From assembly GCA_036264415.1 (NCBI GenBank), contig DATAQZ010000058.1:5793-69792 (forward strand): a stretch of 64,000 nt of DNA, given 5' to 3'. The position numbers were made by a program, and so were the translations under genes. Below the pieces are notes generated by a model. That model was given only the letters and a program-made list of their open reading frames with translations. It made no database searches and was not told the DNA's origin. This document shows positions 28,141 to 36,145 of this stretch, piece by piece. Each line of letters opens with the position of its first letter. The first letter of the stretch is position 1. This stretch comes from Rhizomicrobium sp. (GTDB lineage Bacteria; Pseudomonadota; Alphaproteobacteria; Micropepsales; Micropepsaceae).

Positions 28141-29016
28141 ATGATCCTGCGCTCCATGCTCTTTGTACCAGCGGACAACGAGCGAAAGCTCGAGAAGGCA
28201 CGGGCGTCGGGGGCCGATGCGCTCATCGTCGACCTCGAGGATTCGGTTGCGCCAGCGAACCGGCCGCGCGCGCGCGAACTGCTGCGCCAATTTGCGAAAG
28301 CGGCAGCGGCGCGGCCAGCGCTTTGGGTGCGCATCAACGCTTTCGGCACCGCCGATTGCGCAAGCGATCTCGATGCCGTCATTGCAGCGAAACCCGCTGG
28401 CGTGGTGGTTCCCAAACCCGACTCGCCCGATACGCTGCGCGCGCTGGATCGCGAGCTGTCGAACCGCGAACACGCTCATGATTTGCCGGACGGCGCGATC
28501 CGCGTGATTCCGGTGGCGACTGAAACACCGGCGGCGGTACTGTCGCTATTCGAATACCGCAATCCGCCGCCCAGGCTTCATGCGCTCACCTGGGGTGCAG
28601 AGGACCTTTCCGCCGCACTCGGTGCCGCCGCCAATCGCGACGCGCACGGGGAATTCCTCTTCACCTATCGCGTTGTACGATCGCTTTGCCTCATGGCGGC
28701 GAAAGCGGCCGGCGTCGACGCCATCGAGACGTTGCATGCGGATTTCCGCGATAGTGGGGGACTCGAGCGCGCGGCGCGCGCGGCCCACCGCGAGGGTTTT
28801 TCCGGCATGCTCGCGATCCATCCCGACCAGGTCGACATCATCAATGCGGCGTTCACGCCATCGCCCGCCGACGTCGCGCAGGCGCGCCGCGTGGTGGCGG
28901 CATTCGCGGGCGGCGCCGGCGTCGTTTCGCTCGACGGCAGGATGCTCGACCAGCCGCACCTGAAACAGGCACAGCACATCCTGCGGATCTATGCGATGAC
29001 TGAGGCAGAACCGTAA
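28141..29016 (+). CDS. HpcH/HpaI aldolase / citrate-lyase beta (CitE)-like acyl-CoA lyase
   Basis: Starts MILRSMLFVPADNERKLEKA..GADALIVDLEDSVAP and contains AIHPDQV, both typical of CitE/malyl-CoA/citramalyl-CoA lyases. Confidence 0.82.
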   Translation: MILRSMLFVPADNERKLEKARASGADALIVDLEDSVAPANRPRARELLRQFAKAAAARPALWVRINAFGTADCASDLDAVIAAKPAGVVVPKPDSPDTLRALDRELSNREHAHDLPDGAIRVIPVATETPAAVLSLFEYRNPPPRLHALTWGAEDLSAALGAAANRDAHGEFLFTYRVVRSLCLMAAKAAGVDAIETLHADFRDSGGLERAARAAHREGFSGMLAIHPDQVDIINAAFTPSPADVAQARRVVAAFAGGAGVVSLDGRMLDQPHLKQAQHILRIYAMTEAEP

Positions 29017-29105
29017 GTTAGCCCCCAGGTCGCCACGTGCGCCAGGAAACTAAGCGCGCGCGGATACGCGCAGAAAATCTTGGCGTCGTAGTGTCTTCGT
29101 GGTTT

Positions 29106-31097
29106 TTATGCGGATCGCGCGGACCGGCGCATCATCCAGCTGTAAAGCCCGGCGATGAGCGCGGCGAAGGCTAGGAGCCCGATCCAGTTTGCGGGCGCGA
29201 AATCGGCAGGCGCGATCCCGAGCGGAGCATCGGTCGAGAACGCGACGATCAAACCTGCCAAGAGAACGCCGAACAGGCTTTCGCCGACAATCATGCCGGA
29301 AGCGACGAGCACGCCCAATCGCTTCGCATGTTCGGGATTGGGACCGCGCAGCGCACGGCGGTCGTACCAGTGCCCGATCACTGCGCCCAAGACCACCGGA
29401 AGCGTCGCCGACATCGGCAGATAGATTCCGATGCCGACCGCCAGTGGGGGCAGGCGCAGCAGCTTTCGCGCGCCCAGCAATTCGTCGATGATCACGATCA
29501 CCCCGCCCAGCGCGGCGCCGGTGCCGAGCATGAGCCAGTTCAGTTTCTGCTGGATGACGCCTTGGGCGAGCGCGGAAATGAGACCGGCCTGCGGCGCCGC
29601 CAGCGGTTTTGCCACCGCGGTGGCAACGTGCGGCGCACCGACGAAGCCATAGGCCTGTGCAAGGAGATTGAGCACGGGCGGAATGACGGCGGCGCCCGCG
29701 ATCACGCCCACCACCAGGGCCCATTGCTGGGCGCTTGGCGTGGCGCCGACAAGCTGGCCTGTTTTGAGATCCTGCAGATTGTTGTTCGAGATCGTCGCAA
29801 CGCCGAACACCACGGCCGTGGTGAACAGCGCATAGGCGACAAGCGCGCCGCGCGATCCTGGATCGGGCGCGACCACGCCGAGAAGCAGCGCCGCGCAGGT
29901 GAGGATCGCGAGAATCCCGACACCGGAAATCGGGCTGTTCGACGCGCCGATGAGGCCGGCCATGTACCCGCAGATCGCCGCCACCACGAAGCCGCCGAAG
30001 AACACAAACGGGACGGCCGTCGCGACGAGTACGGTCGTCTGGTTCGCAAGCGGCGTTGGCGCGAGAAAACGGGCGAGAACAAATGCGATCACGACGAGGC
30101 AGGCGAGGGCGAGCGCGCCGATCCAGCCCGCCGACATGTCGATGTCGCGGCGATCGAAGGTGGCGGTCTTCGCTGCGCGCGAAGCGGTGATCGTCGAGGT
30201 CAGACCGCGCGCGACCGGTCCGGCGAGTTTCAGCAAGGTCCAGATCGCGGCGACGCCGATTGTGCCCGCGCCGATGAAGCGCACCTGGTGGGTCCATACA
30301 TCCGTCGCTCGATCGCCGATGGCGCCCGCGCTCGGCGCAAGCGATGTCAGCAAAGGCACCGCACCGACCCAGGCGATCAGAAGCCCAAGCAGCATCGCCA
30401 TTCCGACGGAAAGGCCGACGAGATAGCCGGCGCCCAGAAGCGCGAGCGAGAACGACATGTCATAGCCGCTGACGGCATTGGCGCCGACGCGAAAGAATTG
30501 CGTCACTTCGCCCGCGGCGATGCGCGTCGCGGCAAAGGCGGCGAGGCCGGCCGATGCGACCGCACCCCAGGTGACGGCGAGCAAGCCTTCGCGCGCCTCG
30601 CCCGAGGCACTCGCGCCAATCGCTTCGCGTGCGCGCGAACCGACTTCGAGCACTTCCGCTGCTGCGACACCTTCGGGGTAAGGGAGGTCGGAGGTGGTCA
30701 CCATCGCGCGGCGGAGCGGGATGGTGAACAAGACCCCGAGAATGCCGCCTGAGGTACAGACGAGAAACGATGTCCAGAACGGGAAGCCTGTCCACCAGCC
30801 GACGATCACGAGGCCCGGCAACACGAAGATGATGGCGGAGAGTGTGCCGGCCGCCGACGCGACCGTCTGCACAATGTTGTTCTCGAGGATGGTCGAGCCT
30901 TTGAAGGCGGAAAGCACCGCCATCGAAATCACCGCGGCGGGAATCGAGGTGGCGAAGGTGAGGCCGACCTTCAGGCCAAGATAGACATTCGCGGCCGTGA
31001 ACACGGTCGTGATGAGGATACCAAGGATGATACCGCGGATCGTGAATTCACGGATGGCGGAGGCAGCCGGGGCGGCGGGGTTGATGGTGGCGGACAT
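29106..31097 (-). CDS. OPT family oligopeptide transporter
   Basis: 663 aa, polytopic. The N-terminus REFTIRGIILGILITTVFTAANVYLGLKVGLTFATSIPAAVISMA is typical of the bacterial OPT family. Confidence 0.85.
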   Translation of the reverse strand: MSATINPAAPAASAIREFTIRGIILGILITTVFTAANVYLGLKVGLTFATSIPAAVISMAVLSAFKGSTILENNIVQTVASAAGTLSAIIFVLPGLVIVGWWTGFPFWTSFLVCTSGGILGVLFTIPLRRAMVTTSDLPYPEGVAAAEVLEVGSRAREAIGASASGEAREGLLAVTWGAVASAGLAAFAATRIAAGEVTQFFRVGANAVSGYDMSFSLALLGAGYLVGLSVGMAMLLGLLIAWVGAVPLLTSLAPSAGAIGDRATDVWTHQVRFIGAGTIGVAAIWTLLKLAGPVARGLTSTITASRAAKTATFDRRDIDMSAGWIGALALACLVVIAFVLARFLAPTPLANQTTVLVATAVPFVFFGGFVVAAICGYMAGLIGASNSPISGVGILAILTCAALLLGVVAPDPGSRGALVAYALFTTAVVFGVATISNNNLQDLKTGQLVGATPSAQQWALVVGVIAGAAVIPPVLNLLAQAYGFVGAPHVATAVAKPLAAPQAGLISALAQGVIQQKLNWLMLGTGAALGGVIVIIDELLGARKLLRLPPLAVGIGIYLPMSATLPVVLGAVIGHWYDRRALRGPNPEHAKRLGVLVASGMIVGESLFGVLLAGLIVAFSTDAPLGIAPADFAPANWIGLLAFAALIAGLYSWMMRRSARSA

Positions 31098-31295
31098 AAA
31101 ACCCGAATCGCGAATATGACCTCGCCTCAATACCACGCTTCGCGGAAACAATGGCCCGCCGAGACGCGAAGAGGCGGCGAAGAAGAAGCAAAACGGAAAC
31201 GCAAGGAATAGGCTGCGCACGTTGTCGCGCAGACGCTCCTGAGTGAGTCGGCGATTTGGCGATTCGTCCCTCTGCGGCTCCGCGTCTGGGTGGGC

Positions 31296-31327
31296 AAAAA
31301 AAGGAGGGCCTGCGTGCCCTCCTTTTT
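31296..31327. terminator. bidirectional intrinsic terminator
   Basis: AAAAAAAGGAGGGC-CTGCGT-GCCCTCCTTTTT. The GC stem is flanked by an A-run and a T-run, about 50 nt downstream of the hfaD-like stop. Confidence 0.8.
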
Positions 31328-31378
31328 CGCATGACCCCGGGTGTCAACGGGAGTGTGGTTCGTCGGTCTTGCCGGAGA

Positions 31379-32029
31379 TCAATAGTGAATGATCTGCGCT
31401 GTGTTGCCGACGGCGAGGGAGGTGATGGCGACGTTTCCCGTCGTATTGGCCACGGTCGCATTGATGTTCGAATATTCCGTCGAGTTGTTGGTCTGGATAT
31501 TGCGGATGTTGGCGTTCGGCGCGTTGGTGTCTTCTTCGAAAGAGTTGCCAACGGCGCTGTTGTAAAGCGTCACGTTGCCGACCGTGTTGGTCACGTTCGC
31601 ATTCAGCTGGGCATACGGATCCGTCGCGTCGCAATCCTGGTTGCTGTTGACGTTGACGTTGTGCGGGTCGGTTGAGATCGCGACCTGGTTGCACGTCGTT
31701 TCCGAATCGAGGGTGACCGAACCGTTGGTGTTCGTGGTTTTGGCGTTCAGCACCGAAACGATATCCGCGCCGCTGCCGACGAACTGCTGATTTTTTACGT
31801 TCGTGTTGTTCATGGTGATGATGTCGGCGCTGTTGCCGCCGGCAATCGAATCCACCACAACGTTGCCGTTGGTGTCGGTGACCTGCACATTCACCTTCGA
31901 GACATCGGACTGCAGGTCGATCTGGCCGTTGATGATGTTGCTCTCACTCGACCCGTCCGCGTAGGCCTGGGTCAGCATCGGGATCGCCAGAGCTGTACCA
32001 GCGATAAGGATCGTCGCGAGTCTTGTCAT
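31379..32029 (-). CDS. hfaD: HfaD-like secreted repeat protein (Asn/Thr/Val-rich, curlin-like repeats)
   Basis: Signal peptide MTRLATILIAGTALAIPMLTQAYA, then four repeats of (L/I)NAxVTNTxGNVx(L/I)xSxAVGN. AGGAG lies 7 nt upstream of ATG 32029. Last gene after the hfaA- and hfaB-like genes. Confidence 0.55.
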   Translation of the reverse strand: MTRLATILIAGTALAIPMLTQAYADGSSESNIINGQIDLQSDVSKVNVQVTDTNGNVVVDSIAGGNSADIITMNNTNVKNQQFVGSGADIVSVLNAKTTNTNGSVTLDSETTCNQVAISTDPHNVNVNSNQDCDATDPYAQLNANVTNTVGNVTLYNSAVGNSFEEDTNAPNANIRNIQTNNSTEYSNINATVANTTGNVAITSLAVGNTAQIIHY

Positions 32030-33008
32030 TGATTTTCTCCTCATGGATAGCGGCGGATGCCGTTGTGGCGTGCGGCGCCGGGGGTGGCGGATCGGCGGGC
32101 GTGCCGGAAGCCGCGGCGCCGTGCGGCGGATCGCCGGGGCCTGCGAGCGGATCGGCGGCGCTGCCGAGCTGCGATGTGCAGGCGGCGGGCGGCGAGCGAT
32201 AGAGGCGCGAAATCATTTCCAGCACCGCGCGTTCGATCACCGAGCGGACGGCAAGCTGGATGGGTTCGAGCGCGCTTTCGCCGAGGCTCGCGTCGAAGAA
32301 GGTGTGGCCCATGAAATCGAACACGCCGGCCTGCTCCTGCCGGCCGATGATCTGTTTCTGGTAGGAGATCACGTCGACGACTTCGAGCGTGTTGGTGTCG
32401 ACAAGGCGAAGATCGAGCCCGACGTTCATAACGTACATATTGGCGCCCGCGGTGCCCTTCACGCTGTTGGTCGACGTGCCGCCGCCATCACCGTTGGCGC
32501 CGAGCGAACGGATGTTGAAATTCAGTTCGGTGATGCCGCCGACCAGATAGTAATCCGATCCGGGAATCGAACCGGCCAGGATTCGCCGGTACTCGCCACC
32601 CTGTTTGCCGTCATTGATCAGTTTCACATTGGCGTATTTCAGCTCCATCTCGGCGACCGAGGTGTCGAAGCGTTCGACCAGCGGCACGCCGGCCTTCGCA
32701 AGTGCAGACATCGCCATCAGCGCCGCGCCCTGCGTCACTTTGCGGCCGCTGTTGTCGGATTCGAGCTTGCCCGTGTAATCGGCAACCTGTCCGACGGCGA
32801 CGCGCAAAGGTCGCCTGACGGTATAGCCTTTCAGGCAACGCAGCGCGTCCGAATAGGGCGTCTCGTTCGCAATTACGGGCGCATCGCCGATGGGGACAGT
32901 ATAACGTCCGGTTTCATCGGCCGTGGGGGTTACGCATCCGGAAAGCGCCATCGCGGCCAGCACGCCCAAAACGGGCATGGCGAGATACCGGCGTCCACGC
33001 GGGGTCAT
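31944..33008 (-). CDS. hfaB: CsgG/HfaB family lipoprotein (curli-type secretion channel)
   Basis: Lipobox MALSGC and a CsgG-like core (GRKVTQGAALMAMSALAKAGVPLVERF, YYLVGGITELNFN). A Pro/Ala-rich C-terminal tail runs 86 nt into the next gene. Confidence 0.7.
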   Translation of the reverse strand: MTPRGRRYLAMPVLGVLAAMALSGCVTPTADETGRYTVPIGDAPVIANETPYSDALRCLKGYTVRRPLRVAVGQVADYTGKLESDNSGRKVTQGAALMAMSALAKAGVPLVERFDTSVAEMELKYANVKLINDGKQGGEYRRILAGSIPGSDYYLVGGITELNFNIRSLGANGDGGGTSTNSVKGTAGANMYVMNVGLDLRLVDTNTLEVVDVISYQKQIIGRQEQAGVFDFMGHTFFDASLGESALEPIQLAVRSVIERAVLEMISRLYRSPPAACTSQLGSAADPLAGPGDPPHGAAASGTPADPPPPAPHATTASAAIHEEKINDKTRDDPYRWYSSGDPDADPGLRGRVE

Positions 33009-33031
33009 GCGACAAAATCCTTTGCTGGGGC

Positions 33032-33490
33032 TCAATGGCCGTTCTGCGTGACGCTGGCCGTCACATTGCCGTTGTTGGTCTGCTCCGCGTTCACGATCAC
33101 CGTGTTGCCTTCGCCGACGGTGACGACGTTCAGCGAGTTGCCGATCGCGGTCGCCTGCCCAAGCGTGGTCGGTGCACCGAAGCCGGCGCCGCTCAATGTC
33201 TGGCCATTGCCGAGCGTCGCTCCGAGCGCCGCTGCGCCAAGCACGCTCGACTGCTGGACGCCGGTCTGCTGGCTCATGGTCGAACTGGTGAACACGCCGT
33301 TGACGACCGTGAGGTTGCCGTTGGCGTCGCGCAGCGAGGCGTCGACAGGCGCATTCTCCTGCGCCTGGCTCATTCCGTAGGGGTTGTTGTAGTTTGCCGA
33401 CCCATTGGCCACCTGTGCTTCGGCGGTCGAGGCCGCGATCGCGAGGAAAACGCCAACGGCCGGTCCGATGCCTTCGATTGTCCGTGTCAT
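33032..33490 (-). CDS. hfaA: HfaA-like secreted curlin-repeat protein
   Basis: 152 aa with signal peptide ...AASTAEAQ. The C-terminal segment AIGNSLNVVTVGEGNTVIVNAEQTNNGNVTA is curlin/HfaA-like. Lies immediately upstream of the CsgG-like gene. Confidence 0.6.
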   Translation of the reverse strand: MTRTIEGIGPAVGVFLAIAASTAEAQVANGSANYNNPYGMSQAQENAPVDASLRDANGNLTVVNGVFTSSTMSQQTGVQQSSVLGAAALGATLGNGQTLSGAGFGAPTTLGQATAIGNSLNVVTVGEGNTVIVNAEQTNNGNVTASVTQNGH

Positions 33491-33627
33491 GGATTCGCCC
33501 GCTGTAAGCCCGAGCGTGGCGGAGCAACGGACGTGCCAAGGCTGGACGCGGGGCTTGGGGTGACATTGTTCCAATAAAGGACGCACCTCGCTAACCTTCG
33601 GCCCGATTCTGGGCGGCAGAGGTCGAA

Positions 33628-34389
33628 GTGGCGGATTTCGCGACTCCGACTCCCTTGCCGTTTCGGCGCATGCGAGTCGAGCCGATGACCGTTGTCCGCG
33701 AACCAACCCCCCGGCAGCCGCTACTGCGGTCGCCCGCGGCCGTGATCTGGCTAATCCTGATCCTTTTGGGTGCCCATGCGGCCCGGGTGTTCGTCTTTCC
33801 CCAATCGGGGCCAAGCTGGTTCTATGAATATGGGTTCGTGCCCGCGCGCTATTCCCCCGCCTATCTGGAGTCGCACGGCATCAATCCCGGTAATTTTATC
33901 GAACGGGCTTGGCCGTTCGTCACCTATATGTTCCTCCACGCGAATTTCACCCACGTTGTCATCAATTGCGTGTGGCTGCTCGCCTTCGGTCCGATCGTCG
34001 CGCGCCGTTTCGGCGCTGTTGGATTTCTCGTCTTTTTTCTCCTCTGCGGAATTGCCGGAGCGGCCGTGCATCTTGCGCTCAACTGGGGAAGCGATGCGCC
34101 GGTGATCGGCGCCTCCGCGGGCGTTTCAGGTCTGATGGGGGCGGGTTTTCGCATGATTGGCGCGAATTCTGCGGAGCGTCGCCTGGAACCGATCCTTTCA
34201 CCGCGCATCCTGCTTTGGACCGCGATCTGGGTCGTGGTGAACGTCGTGGCCGGCTTGACGGGGCTCGGGGCAGGGCGGCTCGAGGTCGTGGCGTGGCAGG
34301 CCCATCTGGGCGGCTATGCCGCTGGTCTGCTGCTTGCCGGGCTGTTCGATTGGTTTGCGCGGACGGGCTCGCCGGGCCCTCCAACTTGA
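33628..34389 (+). CDS. rhomboid family intramembrane serine protease
   Basis: HANFTHVVINCVWLLAFG, catalytic GASAGVSGLMGA and HLGGYAAG are present. The start is uncertain (GTG 33628 or ATG 33670). Confidence 0.82.
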   Translation: MADFATPTPLPFRRMRVEPMTVVREPTPRQPLLRSPAAVIWLILILLGAHAARVFVFPQSGPSWFYEYGFVPARYSPAYLESHGINPGNFIERAWPFVTYMFLHANFTHVVINCVWLLAFGPIVARRFGAVGFLVFFLLCGIAGAAVHLALNWGSDAPVIGASAGVSGLMGAGFRMIGANSAERRLEPILSPRILLWTAIWVVVNVVAGLTGLGAGRLEVVAWQAHLGGYAAGLLLAGLFDWFARTGSPGPPT

Positions 34390-34461
34390 ACCCTTTTCGC
34401 GAACGCTTACGTGGAGAGGGGCTGCGCCTGTCGTGCGGCCCCGAAGCGAGGGATTCCGACC

Positions 34462-34761
34462 ATGAGCGATGCACAAGCCACAAACGGCACACTTCACCCG
34501 GCGAGAATGCCGTTTTCGTTCGTCAGGCTGCTTTATTCGTTTGCATTCGCCGTCCTCGCCTGGCTCGCCTTTTGGATGCTGCTGGTCCTCAGCACCGTGC
34601 AGTTCGGCGTGGTTCTGGTCACCGGGCGTGTGAACGACGAATTGAAGACGTTCAATCTCAATCTGCTCCAGTATCTCTGGGAGTTGTTCGCCTTCATCAT
34701 CTTCGTGCGCGATGACCAGCCCTTCCCGATCGGTCCTTTCCCCAAATCGCATGGAGCGTGA
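34462..34761 (+). CDS. DUF4389-like small membrane protein
   Basis: 99 aa with two hydrophobic helices and the C-terminal FIIFVRDDQPFP motif. Family name is from memory. Confidence 0.55.
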   Translation: MSDAQATNGTLHPARMPFSFVRLLYSFAFAVLAWLAFWMLLVLSTVQFGVVLVTGRVNDELKTFNLNLLQYLWELFAFIIFVRDDQPFPIGPFPKSHGA

Positions 34762-35929
34762 GAGCGCGCGTCGCGCGTTCGAACTCGATCCGCACCTCAT
34801 TCATCTCAATCACGGCTCGTATGGGGCCGTGCCGCGGGAGGTGCGCGTCGAGCAGGACCGTTGGCGCACCAGGATCGAGAAGAATCCGACCGGTTTCTTT
34901 CAAGAGGAATATCCGCCACTGATGCGCGCGATGGCGCAGCACGTGGCGCGGCGGCTGGGTGGCGACGCCTCCGACTGGGTCTTTTGCGAGAACGCTACGT
35001 CGGCGGCGAACGGCGTGCTGCAGTCGCTCGACTTGAAGGCCGGCGACGAACTCCTCACCACCTCGCACGCCTATGGCGCGGTTATGAAGGCGATGGTGCT
35101 GAATGCATCGCGCCGTGCCGCCATACTCACCGTCGCAGAAGTGCCGGCATTTCCGGCGGCCGAGGATGAGGTTGTGAGTGCCATCGTGGCGCGGATGTCA
35201 CCGCGCACGCGCCTCCTTGTCATTGACCACATAACATCCGCGACGGCGCTGATCTTTCCGGTCCGGCGCATCGCCGAGGCCGCGGGCGCAGCCGGTGTTC
35301 CCATCTTCGTCGACGGCGCACACGCACCGGGACAGATTGCGCTCGATGTGCCCTCGCTCGGCGTGGACTGGTACACCGGCAATGCCCACAAATGGCTGTT
35401 TGCGCCGAGGGGCTGCGGCGTGTTGTGGACGCACCCGGCGCGCCAGGCAATGACCCGACCCGTCGTGCTCTCGCACGGGACGGATCAAGGCTATACCGCG
35501 GCTTTCGACTGGATCGGTACGCGCGATCCGAGCCCCTGGTTCTGCTTCGAAACCGCTGCGCTGGCTCATGACGCGTTCGGCGGAGCAGCGCTGATGGCGG
35601 GCAATCGCCGGCTTGCGGACGAAGTGGCGGGCGAACTTTCCGCAGAATTGGATGCGAGGATAGCGGGTCCTTCCGCCATGCGGGGCAGCATGGCGGCGCT
35701 GCGCCTGATGGAAGGCTGCGAGGATCCGGAAAAAGCGGCTGCCTATCGGCGGAGGCTCGCTTCCGAACATCGCATCATGGTGCCCGTCTATGCCTTCGCC
35801 GGCGCGCTGTGGTTGAGGATTTCGGCGCAGATTTACAACGTGCCGGGCGATTACCGCGGCCTTGCGCGCGCCTGCCGGGAGCTGGTCTTGGGAGAAGCCG
35901 GTAGCAGGAGGTCGGCGCTGAGTCTCTGA
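34751..35929 (+). CDS. class V aminotransferase-fold PLP enzyme (isopenicillin-N-epimerase/cysteine desulfurase-like)
   Basis: IHLNHGSYGAVP at the N-terminus and the PLP lysine in GNAHKWLFAPRGCG. It overlaps the preceding gene by 11 nt. Confidence 0.8.
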   Translation: MERESARRAFELDPHLIHLNHGSYGAVPREVRVEQDRWRTRIEKNPTGFFQEEYPPLMRAMAQHVARRLGGDASDWVFCENATSAANGVLQSLDLKAGDELLTTSHAYGAVMKAMVLNASRRAAILTVAEVPAFPAAEDEVVSAIVARMSPRTRLLVIDHITSATALIFPVRRIAEAAGAAGVPIFVDGAHAPGQIALDVPSLGVDWYTGNAHKWLFAPRGCGVLWTHPARQAMTRPVVLSHGTDQGYTAAFDWIGTRDPSPWFCFETAALAHDAFGGAALMAGNRRLADEVAGELSAELDARIAGPSAMRGSMAALRLMEGCEDPEKAAAYRRRLASEHRIMVPVYAFAGALWLRISAQIYNVPGDYRGLARACRELVLGEAGSRRSALSL

Positions 35930-36145
35930 ACGGAGTTCGCTCTCGAAGCTTTGTGTGGCATTCCGGGTACAATCTGCACGAATCCACCGTTGCCAAGCCA
36001 CATGCGGCCTTAATTGTTGCTCGCCCGCGAAGGGTGCCTCTATCCTTTGACACGGAAGGAATCACCCGCGGGGCTGTTCGGGGTGCGGATAGTCACGCGC
36101 GTCAAAATTTTGCGCCACTGACGACGCCAAGACGGGGAGCCAAGA

